Origin: Mobula hypostoma
Taxonomy: Eukaryota
Length of the DNA: 64,000 nt
Reading direction: 5' to 3'
NCBI RefSeq assembly: GCF_963921235.1
Contig: NC_086108.1
Location: 73,844,001 to 73,908,000, forward strand
Shown in pieces: positions 14,111-25,732 of the stretch (within the stretch, counting starts at the first letter, position 1; every line of letters starts with the position of its first letter). The translations under genes and the position numbers were made by a program. A model generated the notes under the pieces. The model saw only the letters and a list, made by a program, of their open reading frames with translations, searched no databases and was not told where the DNA came from.

Positions 14111-15884
14111 TTATTAATACTTCAGAAAATAGAATACCGGAAAATCTTAAAATTCACAATTCTATGAATCTGCTGTTCCAATGATTCTTGATCTAATCAG
14201 CACTCATGGACAAGTATTTTTGCTGATCCCAGAAAAGCAACATCAGTGACTTTAAATATTGACACCATCTCCACTGAATCAGAAAAAGACAAACAACAAA
14301 CTATTAAAACTGTGAAATGTTAGTAAAGTGCAATTTCTCCCGGCTGATAATCAATAAGAGGGTCAATGTAAAAATGTTTATGAGGAGATTTTTGAAGGTG
14401 AAATTGGCACAGATGTATTGCACCTGTGGAGTTTGGTAAAGCAAAATCTATAAACATTTGAAATATTAGGCTCACTGCAAAGTAGTAAAATTTTGACAAC
14501 TGATGGGCCAAATAGCCTTTCTCATAGAGTACACTGCAATGGCTCTAAATGGACTTACAATCACTGAATCAACAGTTGTCTTAAAAGATGTAATTATTTA
14601 CAATCACACAGGTTTTAATGTGCAATCGGGTTTTAAGGATAGAGTAACGTTTTCCAGAGAAATTCCATTACTGCTTGTGAAGCAAAACACAACAAGTAGG
14701 CAAAAATGTTCTACTTCACCACTGAAAGCAACAAGTTACTTTATTATTGATCTTTAGGATCCAGCAGCAAAAAAAAACAAGTTCATGAGGGAAAATATTG
14801 ATTTTGAGAGAAAATTTGCATGTAATACCAAAACAAACAGTAAGATTTTCTACGGATCATATAAATAGAAAGCTAAGTATAAGAATAAAGATGGTGAATT
14901 TATAACAGGACGGAAAGAAATGACAAATATGCTAATTTTTTTAACCATAGTCTTCACTGTACAGGACATTGAAAAACTGCCCAAGATAACAAATAGGCTA
15001 ATTTCAAATAAGTTAGATGCTATTCTGGAAGACTGGAGAGTGGCAAGTCTTCAAGAAAGGCAAAAGGGATAACTCTGGGACTTGTAGACCAGTGAGTTGC
15101 ACCTGATATCAGTGGTAGGCGAACTACTGGGAGGGATTCTTTGAGGCAGGATTTGAGCATTTGGAGAAATATAACCTGATTAAGAGATAGTTAACATGGC
15201 TTTGTGAGCATCTGACCAGACGAACTAATGAAAGCAGAGAGGTGGATATGGATTTTAATAAGGCGTTTGACAAAATTCCCCTATAGTAGACTCATTTAGA
15301 AAGTCAGCAGGTATGGGATCCAGAGCAACCTGGCTGCATGGATTGTGAAATGGCTTGCCCACAAAAGGCGGAAGGTGGTAGTGCATGGAGCGTATTCTGC
15401 CTGGGGGTTGGTGATCAGTGGTGTTCCAAAGTGATCTGTTCAGGGACTCTGCTCTTCAAATTAAAAAAATGACTTGGATGAGGAAGTGGAAAAGTGAGTT
15501 AAGTTTTGCAGATCACACAAACGTTGGTGGTGTGGATAGTGTAGCAGGTTGCCGTAGGTTACAATGGGACGTTGATAGGATGTAGACTTGGATGGAGGAG
15601 GAGCAGACAGAATTCAATCTGTAAAATATAAAGTGATTCACTTTGGAAGCAAGAACTTGAAGGCAGGGTTAATGACTGGATTCTTAACAGTGTGGAGGGA
15701 GAGGGATCTTGGGGTCTGTGTCCTTTAACCCATCAAAGTTGCAGCACAAGTTGATAGGGTGGTTAAGGTGCATTGGCCTTCCTTAATCAGAGGATTGAGT
15801 TCAAGAACCATGGGGTAATAAGCAACACACATCAAAGTTGCTGGTGAACGCAGCAGGCCAGGCAGCATCTCTAGGAAGAGGTAC

Positions 15885-15920
15885 AGTCGACGTTTCAGGC
15901 CAAGACCCTTCATCAGGACT
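15885..15920 (-). ncRNA. Minimal type I hammerhead ribozyme in PLE terminal repeat
   Basis: Minus strand AGTC CTGATGA AGG GTCTTGG CCT GAAA CG TC GACT: complete core and GUC cleavage triplet. Confidence 0.8.
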
Positions 15921-17431
15921 AACTGAAGGAAGAGCTAGTAAGAGGTTTGAAAGTGGGAGGGGGAGGGGGAGATCCAAAATAATAGGAGAAGACAGGAGGG
16001 GGAGGGATGGAGCCAAGAGCTGGACAGTTGATTGGCAAAGGGGATATGAGAGGATCATGGGACAGGAGCTCCGGGGAGAAAGACAAGGGGGGGGGAAAAC
16101 AGAGGATGGGCAAGGGGTATAGTCAGAGGGACAGAGGGAGAAAAAGGAGAGTGAGAGAAAGAATGTGTGTATAAAAATAAATAACGGATGGGGTATGAGG
16201 GGGAGGTGGGGCATTAGCAGAAATTAGAGAAGTTGATGTTCATGCCATCAGGTTGGAGGCTACCCAGACGAAATATAAGGTGTTGTTCCTCCAACTTGAG
16301 TGTGGCTTCATCTTTACAGTAGAGGAGACCGTAGATAGACATGTCAGAATGGGAATGGGATGTGGAATTAAAATGTGTGGCCACTGGGAGATCCTGCTTT
16401 CTCTGGCGGACAGAGCGTAGATGTTCAGCAAAGCGGTCTCCCAGTCTGCGTCGGGTCTCGCCAATATATAGAAGGCGACATCGGGAGCTCCAGACGCAGT
16501 ATATCACCCCAGCCGACTCACAGGTGAAGTGTCGCCTCACCTGGAAGGACTGTCTGGGGCCCTGAATGGCGGTAAGAGAGGAAGTGTAAGGGCATGTGTA
16601 GCACTTGTTCCGCTTACAAGGATAAGTGCCAGGAGGGAGATCAGTGGGGAGGGATGGGGGGGATGAATGGACAAGGGAGTCGCGTAGGGAGCGATCCTTG
16701 CGGAAAGCGGGGGGGGAGGGAAAGATGTGCTTAGTGGTGGGATCCCGTTGGAGGTGGCAGAAGTTACTTCCTCCCTTACCACCATTCAGGGCCCCAGACA
16801 GTCCTTCCAGGTGAGGCGACACTTCACCTGTGAGTCGGCTGGGGCGATATACTGCGTCCAGTGCTCCCGATGTGGCCTTCTATATATTGGCGAGACCCGA
16901 CACAGACTGGGAGACCGCTTTGCTGAACACCTACGCTCTGTCCACCAGAGAAAGCAGGATCTCCCAGTGGCCACACATTTTAATTCCACATCCCATTCCC
17001 ATTCTGACATGTCTATCCACAGCCTCCTCTACTGTAAAGATGAAGCCACACTCAGGTTGGAGGAACAACACCTTATATTCCGTCTGGGTAGCCTCCAACC
17101 TGATGGCATGAACATCAACTTCTCTAACTTCCGCTAATGCCCCACCTCCCCCTCATACCCCATCCGTTATTTATTTTTATACACATATTCTTTCTCTCAC
17201 TCTCCTTTTTGTCCCTCTGTCCCTCTGACTATATCCCTTGCCCATCCTCTGGGTTCCCCCCCAACTTGTCTTTCACCCCGGACCTCCTGTCCCATGATCC
17301 TCTCATATCCCCTTTGCCAATCACCTGTCCAGCTCTTGGCTCCATCCCTCCCCTTCCTGTCTTCTCCTATCATTTTGGATCTCCCCCTCCCCCTCCCACT
17401 TTCAAATCTCTTACTAACTCTTCCTTCAGTT

Positions 17432-17467
17432 AGTCCTGACGAAGGGTCTCAGCCTGAAACGTCGACT
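17432..17467 (+). ncRNA. Minimal type I hammerhead ribozyme in PLE terminal repeat
   Basis: AGTC CTGACGA AGG GTCTCAG CCT GAAA CG TC GACT; predicted cut after C17463. Confidence 0.8.
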
Positions 17468-19298
17468 GTACCTCTTCCTAGAGATGCTGCCTGGCCTGCT
17501 GTGTTCACCAGCAACTTTGATGTGTGTTGCTTGAATTTCCAGCATCTGCAGAATTCCTGTTGTTTCCATGGGGTAATAATGCAGCTTTAAATAAGTCTTG
17601 TTAAACCACACTTGCTGCATTGTCTTCAGATCTGGTTGCCTCATTATCAGAAGGATATGGAAGCTTTAGAGAGGGTGCAGAGCAGGATGAGAGGTGTCTT
17701 GATGTGTACAAAATGATAAGAGGCTGGACAGAGTGGACAACCAGCATCTTTTTACCACTGCAGCAATGGCTAATACGAGAAGGTACAATTTTAAGATGAT
17801 TACAGGATAGTATGGGGGGGATGTCAGAGTTAAGTTTTTTTATTACACAGAGAGCGGTGAGTGCGTGCCACACACTGCCAAGGGTGGTGGCAGATGCAGA
17901 TACAGAGATAGGCAAATGGATAAGAGAAAAATGGAAGGCTATGTGGGAGGGAAGGGCTAGATTGATCTCAGAGTAGAGGATCAGCATAACATCGTGGATG
18001 AAGAGCTTGTACTGTGCTGTAATGTTCTATGTTCCAAATTCTATAATATTCTAAAGCTTGCAATAACAAAGAATACATTTTAAGAGAAATGATATTCGAT
18101 TAGGATTTTGGAGGAAGTGCAGCAGAGATAGTGGAGACATTGGTTGAAAGTTTTTAAAATGCACTGAATTCCAAGAGACTAAGTAATTGGAAGCAGACTG
18201 TGTGTCTTTTGTTCACAAAGGGAAGAAGGCAGAGACAGGGAATGATAGGGCAGTTATTTAAGATGTAAAAGTCAATAATCAAATAGAGTATAGCCAAACA
18301 TTTAAGAAAGATGAATGTAATCAATCGCAATCAATATGGCTCTGTCAAACAAATCTGCCTGATTTCTTTGAGGCCGTGGAAAGAAGAGTTCATAGAGGGA
18401 AACTCATAGTGTATTTATATAAAGTTCAAGTTTAATTATCACTGAACCATATATGAACAAGAGAAAATCTGCAGATGGTGGAAATCCAAGCAACACACAT
18501 AAAACGCTAGAGGAACTCAGCAGGCCAAGCAGCATCTATGGAAAAAAAGCAGTGTCAATATTTCGGGCCGAAACCCTTCGCCAGGACTGAAGAAAAAAGC
18601 TAAGTAGCAGATTTGAAAGTGGGGGGAGGGAAGAAACATGAGGCGGTAAGTGAAACTTGGAGTGGGGGGCTGCGGATGAAGCTAAGAGCTGGGAAGTTGA
18701 TTGGTGAAAGAGACAGAAGGCCATGGAAGAAAGAAAAAAAGGGGGGAAGAGCAGGAGCAATATAGGGAGGCAATGGGCAGGCAAGGAGATAACATGAGAG
18801 GGGGAAAAGGGAATGGGTAATGGTGAGGTGGGGGGAGGCATTACTGGAAGTTTGAGAAATCAATGTTCATGCCATCAGGTTGGAGGCTACCCAAATGGAA
18901 TACAAGGTGTTTGTTCCTCCAACCTAAGTGTGGGCTTATCCCAACAATTGGAGGAGGCCATTGGAATGGGAAGTAGAATTAAAATGGGTGGCCACTGGAA
19001 GATCCCCAGTGGCCACCCACTGCTTGTGTTGGCAGATGGAGTGCTGATGCTTGGCGAAGCAATTTCTCAATCTATGTCGGGTCTCACCGATATACCACAC
19101 CGGAAGCAGCAAACACAGTATATCGTCCCAACAGACTCACAGGTGAAGTGTCGCCTCACTTGGAAGGACTGTTTGGGGCCCTGAATGGTAGTGAGGGAGG
19201 AGGTGTAGCACTTGTTCCGCTTGCAAGGATAAGTGTCGGGAGGGAGATCAGTGGGGAAGGACGAATGGACAAGAGGGTCACATAGGGAGTGATCCCTG

Positions 19299-19422
19299 TC
19301 TGTCTGTATCTTGTTTTACGGCGGTTGGCATCCAGCTTAATGGTGCATTACCGCCACCCTCTGCTCCAGAATGTGCACTAGACATACATTCTAAATCCCT
19401 TCACCCAATCGCGTGCACGCGT

Positions 19423-19461
<39 letters not shown>

Positions 19462-19687
19462 CAAACCTACACTTCATCCTCCCACCTTTGACCATCCTAG
19501 TAGCCTATTCCTGTTTATTCGTCATATTCTATAAAAAACCCCTGTACCCCTTAAAAACGCTAAAAATACCCGGACTTGTGCTCTCTCACCCATGCCCAGC
19601 AACCCTTTTAATGTGCATTCCTGCATCCCCAACTCCCTTAATTTATTTCTCATCATCTCTCTCTGTATCCCATACTTCCAGCAACTC
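19299..19687 (-). mobile_element. I-clade (Nimb-like) LINE 3' fragment with 15-bp TSD
   Basis: AGGGAGTGATCCCTG at 19284-19298 and 19688-19702. The minus strand encodes ...LKGLLGMGERAQVRVFLAFLRGTGVFYRI* and ends GGTGGCGGTAATGCACC...CCAACCGCCGTAAAACAAGA. Confidence 0.7.
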
Positions 19688-20778
19688 AGGGAGTGATCCC
19701 TGCAGAAAGCAGAAAGCTGGGGGGAGGAGGGAAAGAGGAGTTTGGTGGTGGGATCCAGTTGGAGGTGGCAGAGGTTTCAGAGAATTATGTGCTGGATGCG
19801 GAGGCTGGTGGGTTGGTAGGCGAGGACAAGAGGTACCCTATCCCTGGTAGGGTGGTGAGAGGATGGGGTAGGAGGAGATGGGTGTGACATGGAAGAGATG
19901 TGGTGACAGCTGATCCACTGATGTCTATTATAAACCAACAGACTCTCACCTGGACTATACCTCGTCCCACCCTGTTATCCATAAAAACGCTATCCCCTTC
20001 TCTCAACTCCTCCATCTCCACTGCATCTGCTCTCAGGATGAGGCTTTTCATTCTAGAATGAAGGAGATGTTCTCCTTTTTCAAAAAAAGGGGCTCCCCTT
20101 CCTCCACCACCAACGCTGCCCTCAACCACATCTCTTCCATTTCACGCCTGTCTGCCCTTACCCCATCCTCCCACCACACTACCAGGTATAGGGTACCTCT
20201 TGTCCTCACCTTCCACCCCACCAGCCTCCGCATCCAGCACATAATGTTCAAAACTTCCGCCACCTCCAAACACATCTTTCCCTCCCCCCAACTTTCTGCT
20301 TTCTGCAGGGATCGCTCCCAATGCGACTCCCTTATCCATTCATCCTTCCCCACTGATCTCCCTCCTGGCACTTATCCTTGCAAGCGGAACAAGTCCTACA
20401 CCTGCCCCTACACCTCCTCCCTCACTATCATTCAGGACCCCAAACAGTTCTTCCAGGTGAGGCAAGACTTCACCCGTGAGTCTGTTGGGGCCATAAATTG
20501 TGTTCGGTGCTCCCAGCGTGTCCTCCTGTATATTGGTGAGACCCAACGCAGACTGAGAGATCGTTTCGCCGAGCATCTAGGTTCTGTCCTTGCCTGCCCA
20601 TCACCTCCCTTTGCTCCTCCCCCCTTTTTTTCTTGCTTCTATGGCCTTCTGTCTCTTTCACCAATCAACCTCCTAGCTCCTTGCTTCATCCCTCCTCCTG
20701 CAGGTTTCACTTATCGCCTGGTGTTTCTCTCTCTCCCCTCCCCCCACCTTTCAAAGCTACTTCTCAGCTTTTCTCTGC

Positions 20779-20814
20779 AGTCCTGCCGAAGGGTTCCGGC
20801 CCGAAATGTCGACT
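20779..20814 (+). ncRNA. Hammerhead-like motif with variant core CUGCCGA
   Basis: AGTC CTGCCGA AGGG TTCCGG CCC GAAA TG TC GACT. Confidence 0.55.
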
Positions 20815-21203
20815 GTGCTTTTTTCTATAGATGCTGCTTGATCTGCTGAGTTCCTCCAGCATTTTGTGTGTGTTGCTCAACCATGCACGAATACAGCCAA
20901 ATGAAACAGCATTCCTCTGGAGCCAAGGTGTGAAACACATTATTAACAGCACACAGCACACTGCAAGTACTGTAGCACATAGCACAAAAAGCATATATGG
21001 TTATGATAGCAGAAAAACATAGTTACAAAGAAATAATGTGGCCCAAATTCCTGAGGAGCATCGCCTGTAGATTAATGGTAGGTTGCCTTGGTCCAGCTTT
21101 TACTGAGTGAACACCAGACAAACACCAGAAAGAGTAGCATCAAGCAAAATACGAGATTTCTACATTTATCAATGATATGAAAATAAGTGGAAAAGTGTGT
21201 CAC

Positions 21204-21337
21204 AAACACCAGAAGATCTGCATATACTGGAGATTCAAAGCAACACACACAAAATTCTGGAGGATCTCAGCAGGTCAGGCTGCAACTAGGAAAAAGAGTA
21301 AACAATCAACATTTAGGGCCAGGACCTTTCCTCGGGA
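21204..21337 (-). mobile_element. Short PLE terminal-repeat fragment (tail + degraded hammerhead)
   Basis: aaacaccagaagatctgcatatactggagattcaaagcaacacacacaaaattctggagg... matches the PLE 3' end. Confidence 0.75.
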
Positions 21338-21382
21338 ACAATGTGTAGTGATCTGGACAATGTTATTTTCCATTGGGATATA

Positions 21383-21908
21383 CAGTACTGTGCAAAAGTC
21401 TGAGGCACATATACATAGCTAGCGTGCCTAAGATTTTTACACAGTATTGTAGTAATTTTATGTATTGCACTGTACCACTTCCATAAAAATAAATTCATGA
21501 CGAATGTGAGTGATGATAAACCTGATCCTAATATGGGTCTCCATCGTGGACTAAGAGTGGGAAAGGACACGAAGAGGGGAATTCATGGTCAGGAAAAAGG
21601 GATGGGAGAGAAAACGGAGCAGGAAGCACCAGAGAGACATTCTGTATTGATCAATAAACCAATTGTTTGGAATCAAATGACCTTGCCTGGTGTCTCAGGG
21701 CAGAGTGCAGTTGCACCCACATCTAGCACTTCTCTGTCAGTCGTTTCACACCCCTCCCGCGGTGCTCCACCCTTGTCAATCTCAACATTGTTTGCTCTCA
21801 CCAGATTTACAAATTCGATGTCTGCTCCATGCTGACAAATACAGGACTGTGCAGAAATCTTAGGCACCCTAGCTATGTACATGTACTTAAGACTTCTGCA
21901 CAGTCCTG
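21383..21908. mobile_element. Composite non-autonomous element bounded by two 67-bp palindromic Tc1-like units
   Basis: Units at 21383-21449 and 21842-21908, each TA-flanked and internally palindromic (CAGTACTGTGCAAAAGTC...GACTTYTGCACAGTMCTG). The two units are inverted relative to each other. Confidence 0.65.
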
Positions 21909-21909
21909 T

Positions 21910-22480
21910 AGACAGACTGCAGAACAAGATGAAAATCTGGAAAATGGATTTTAGCATGGGGTGTGAGGTATTTTAGTAGAGATGTGAAAAGGCAGGTTAT
22001 TACCTAAATGAGTTAAGTTCAAAGAGATCATAACAAAAAAATTAACAAGTAGGTCCAACAAGTAGTTTAGAAGGTAAATGGCATTTTTGCTCTTTACTGC
22101 AGAGAGCAGAATTTAAGAATAGGCAGGTTTTGTATAGTTGCAGACGGTGTTAGTGAAACCACACTTCGAATATTCTACACAGTTTAGGTCTCAATATGCA
22201 TAAAAAATGTAGTAACATTGTTGACAGTCCAAAGGATTTTTACTAGACTAATTCTGGGAGAAAGTGTTATCCTGCCAAGAGAAGGTAGATAGTTTGGTTC
22301 TGTATTCCTTGGAGTTTCAAAGAATTATTCAAACATATAAGATCCTAGGCAGGATAACAGTTTGACAATGTAGATGTCAAGATATTTTCTCGAGTGGGAG
22401 AGTTAGAAACTAGATGTAGTTAAAAAATAAAAGGCTGATCCTTAAAACTGAGGTTCTGGGAAACTTGTTCTCTCAGAGCT
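21910..22480 (+). mobile_element. Old CR1 LINE RT/C-terminal remnant (earlier parts at ~18090-18410 and ~21340-21380)
   Basis: Degraded equivalents of LVRPHLEYC and related motifs. Confidence 0.6.
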
Positions 22481-24705
22481 GGCCAACTCTTGCTCCTACT
22501 TTCTTGAGTTCTTATTTTTATTCTCTTATTGCAATAACAGTGATAACAGTGGTAATGGACAACCGACCAGGAAATTTTATTATCAGCCACATATTCTGTT
22601 CAAATTCACTAATATTTTCTCAAAAACAGGTTAAGATATAGACAGGACCAGCCCACTGTACCCCAGACTTCATGAAATTTAACATTAATTTGCAATGTTT
22701 ATATTAACCTTCAGGTTGGTTATTAACTGGTGCTAATTTAGAAATTGTTGCACGGAAAAAGATGTGAAGAAAGAAACATAGCTGATAAATAACATGTTCA
22801 CATCACACTTCACTTCAAATTCTACAATTTTGAATATGTCAGAGAATTGAGTTTATTAAGTAAAAACATAGTTGCTATTTGAGCTGACAAGAGGTGAGTG
22901 ATACACAATGACTGCCAAAAACAAATTTTCTGCATCAACTATTTTGACAGCAGAAAATCAGCCAATTTGAGGCATTACACAATCACATGTAAATAACTAA
23001 TATTATTAGAGTCGGACATTCTTCACTTGAAAGATTCAAGAATTTTAAATACAAGATCCTGAAAACAATTGAAACAATCCACGCAATTTGAAAATAGTAC
23101 TAAGTTAAGATTATCACAATTCTTAATACTGACTGTCCAAAACAAAATAAACAAGATTCATTGCACATGTTGGAGGAGACAAAAATGAGTGCTGGTATGG
23201 TTGATAATACTGGGTTGACTGGGCAAACAAGTGATCTTGGATTTGGAGTACAAGAAGGTTTACTGGGCTAAGAATAATATTTACAGCATGTGGGAACCTT
23301 CACTGCATTTTAAACTGGAAAGTCAATTTAAATAGAGAAGTAGAAAAAAAGCAGCAAGTGGTTGGTAACACAGCATTCATTTCCATTCAACAGAACATAG
23401 ATCATTCAAACTGAAATTAAAGTTCAGAATGAAATACATTTATAGCATAAAATATAGTTTGCTTCTATTAATAGTAAGCTTGCTAGTCATAGGTTTGACA
23501 GAGCCAAAGTTTGCAATGGATAGCTTTAATCATCAGTATTTAAAGTTAGCATCAGCAAAAGGCATTGCCAGGAATTTCCTTATATCAGAATTGCAAATAA
23601 ACCATCTAGATTTGACTGTCTGACCATTTTGCCACTTATAATGATGATCATTAAATTTCTAGCTGAATGAACAACATGCACATAGATAGATAACTGATTT
23701 CAACACCACATTAGACAATAGTTAGCTCATTCATCATTATATATATCTCATGCATGGGATGTCATTTTATTTTCCTCTGTTTTCCTCACCGCACTGAATT
23801 CAGAAGAATATTTCATCCTCGGTAGGAGTTTGAAATTATGTAACTTTTCTTCACAATTTTTACCACTTGACAAACAGAAAATGACTCACATAACTAATGC
23901 TTCAAAATCTGCTGTCTATTTTTGAATGATGACCATCATGTTTAAAACTGGAATTGCAAAGCACCCACAAACATTGTTACACAATGAATATGGTCCCAAT
24001 AAATCTGAATGAGTAGCAGATCATAAGTTAATGTGTGAACTGCACAATTTTTTTTATGATTAATTGTATTTGGTCATAATCAATGAGTTGTTAGTGGACT
24101 ACTAAAATATAATCTTGGTCAAAGTATTCTTAATTCAATTTTTTTTAAAAAGAGATAACCTATCCCAAATGGTCCTGCTATTGGTATAAAATTTAAGATC
24201 CATTAAAATAAAAGAGGAACTTCAAAAACCTGGAAAGACATGTCTGGCAAGGAGCAAAATGGGAACATGAGAGTGAAGGCAAAAGGTTTTGTTCATAAAG
24301 ACATTGCAAAAACTTCACAGATAAATGAGAAACACACTGACATTACAAAATTTGAATATAATGTGTTGAACACGACAAGAGGAGGCTGAAATAATGAAGC
24401 TAACATCTTTAAAAGCGGATAAGCTGCTAAGCCTCCAATCCTCTTTGGCTACAGGCATAATGGTATTAGCCTGGAAAACAGCTGACAGGATATGATTGTT
24501 TATAAACAGGTAAAGAGATAAGCCAAAACTATACAGTCGACGATCAAACACTTGTGATTGGCAAATTACTGGAAAAAGTTCTCAGGTACAGAAAATCTGC
24601 ATTCAGAGATGCTCAAGTTAACCAAGGCAAGTCCACATGGATTTTGTTGAGCAAAGATCTGTTGGACGAATAAGTGAATATTTTTGAAGACGTGACAAGG
24701 AGGAT

Positions 24706-25310
24706 TCAAGTTCAAGTTTAAATTCAAGTTCAATTATTATTCAAGCATACACATGATTACAGCTAAATGAAACAGCGTTCCTTTGAGGCCAAGTGGCAGA
24801 ACATTGTACTAAGTCAAACAGAGCACGAGGCACATATAGTACTTATAGTTACGATATCTGAAAAATTGCCACAAATAAAAATTAATGTAGCCCAAGATCC
24901 TGAGTGTCATGACCTCTAGTTTGATGGTGCATGGGATGTTGTCCTAAAGCTATGTTTTTGCAAGAACAAATACACAGTGGTACTCATCACATGCTGGAGC
25001 AGTTGCAGACAAATGCAATCCAGCCTGCCTTCCACCAATCGAACATTGAAGAGCAGCACCAATAGGAGGAGCCAGCCCCAACTCAGCATGGACTTCAGCG
25101 TGCCCGCCGCACTTCTGCTCTCTCCCACACTGCCTCCGGTGTCTCTTCCCCTAGGTGGCTGCAACTTGAGGCATAAAAGCCTGGTACATACAACAACCGA
25201 GGCCACGCAGCTTCCCCACCATCGGTAACTCAAATGCACCAGTGAACCGGACTTTGAATATTCTACATTACCAATCTCCAACAGGGTCTTGTGACTACAA
25301 GAAAAACAAA
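24706..25310 (-). mobile_element. Non-autonomous retroelement/LINE tail (same family as 18420-18455 + 20877-21150)
   Basis: (tcaagt)n terminus and tacagcYaaatgaaacagcRttcct...gccaag shared between the two loci. Confidence 0.55.
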
Positions 25311-25732
25311 CACGACTGTCATTTGCACTGTTTGTTTAACTGACAGCTAACTCCTTGGGTGGCTGTAGCAGATGGCAACACAGAATGCAAGAAGCCCAGC
25401 TCCACTGCTATCAAGAAACTCACTAGTGGGTAGACATGCATTTGAAGTTCTTAATATCCAGAAGTGTCCTGCAATCATAATAAAGACATAAAGGACAAGG
25501 ACTTTTGTTTGAACCCAAAGAGGCCACTGTGATTGAGCACGCTGCCATCTTACCGGGAAGTGCATTTTATGCAAGCTTTGTGGATCTTAGCAAGGATTAT
25601 GATAAAATCCTACAATGGGAGATTAATCACTAAAGTGAGAATTCATGGGTTCCAAGTGAAAGCAATAACTTGGATCAAAAATTGGCAAAGTGGAGTAATA
25701 CAAACTGTAATGGTTATTGGCAACTGTAGTAT

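Larger units (their letters stand above)
15822..17565. mobile_element. Fold-back Penelope-like element (Neptune-type GIY-YIG), 5'-truncated, with 14-bp TSD
   Basis: The minus arm (15822-16763) and plus arm (16764-17565) both encode ...CESAGxIYC...LYIGETRxRLGDRFAEH...PVATHFN...LQPDGMN. The minus arm also has the Cys-rich linker CKRNKCYTC. CCATGGGGTAATAA is duplicated at 15808-15821 and 17566-17579. Confidence 0.95.
14790..18035 (+). mobile_element. Decayed CR1 LINE(s), split by the PLE at 15822-17565
   Basis: CR1 RT motifs before 15808 continue in register after 17579; CR1 3' tail gttctatgttc near 18030. Confidence 0.8.
18456..20876. mobile_element. Second fold-back Penelope-like element (tail on left arm)
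   Basis: Minus arm 18456-~19905. Plus arm ~19906-20876 carries the RT thumb (VYYKPTDSH..DYTSSHP), the linker and a partial GIY-YIG. Degenerate TSD TGAACCATATATG (18443) / TCAACCATGCACG (20877). Confidence 0.9.

Noticed and set aside
14320..14511. Minus-strand ORF with an acceptor-like ccacag|GTGC
   Set aside because: No donor, stops in plausible frames, and no resemblance to MAST proteins.
20058..20849. Longest ORF (263 aa) as a novel gene
   Set aside because: It is PLE RT-thumb/linker/GIY-YIG sequence running through an internal deletion into UTR, not an independent gene.
23100..23320. Exon-like Pro/Ser-rich stretch on the minus strand
   Set aside because: The best acceptor gives stops in all three frames and there is no convincing donor.
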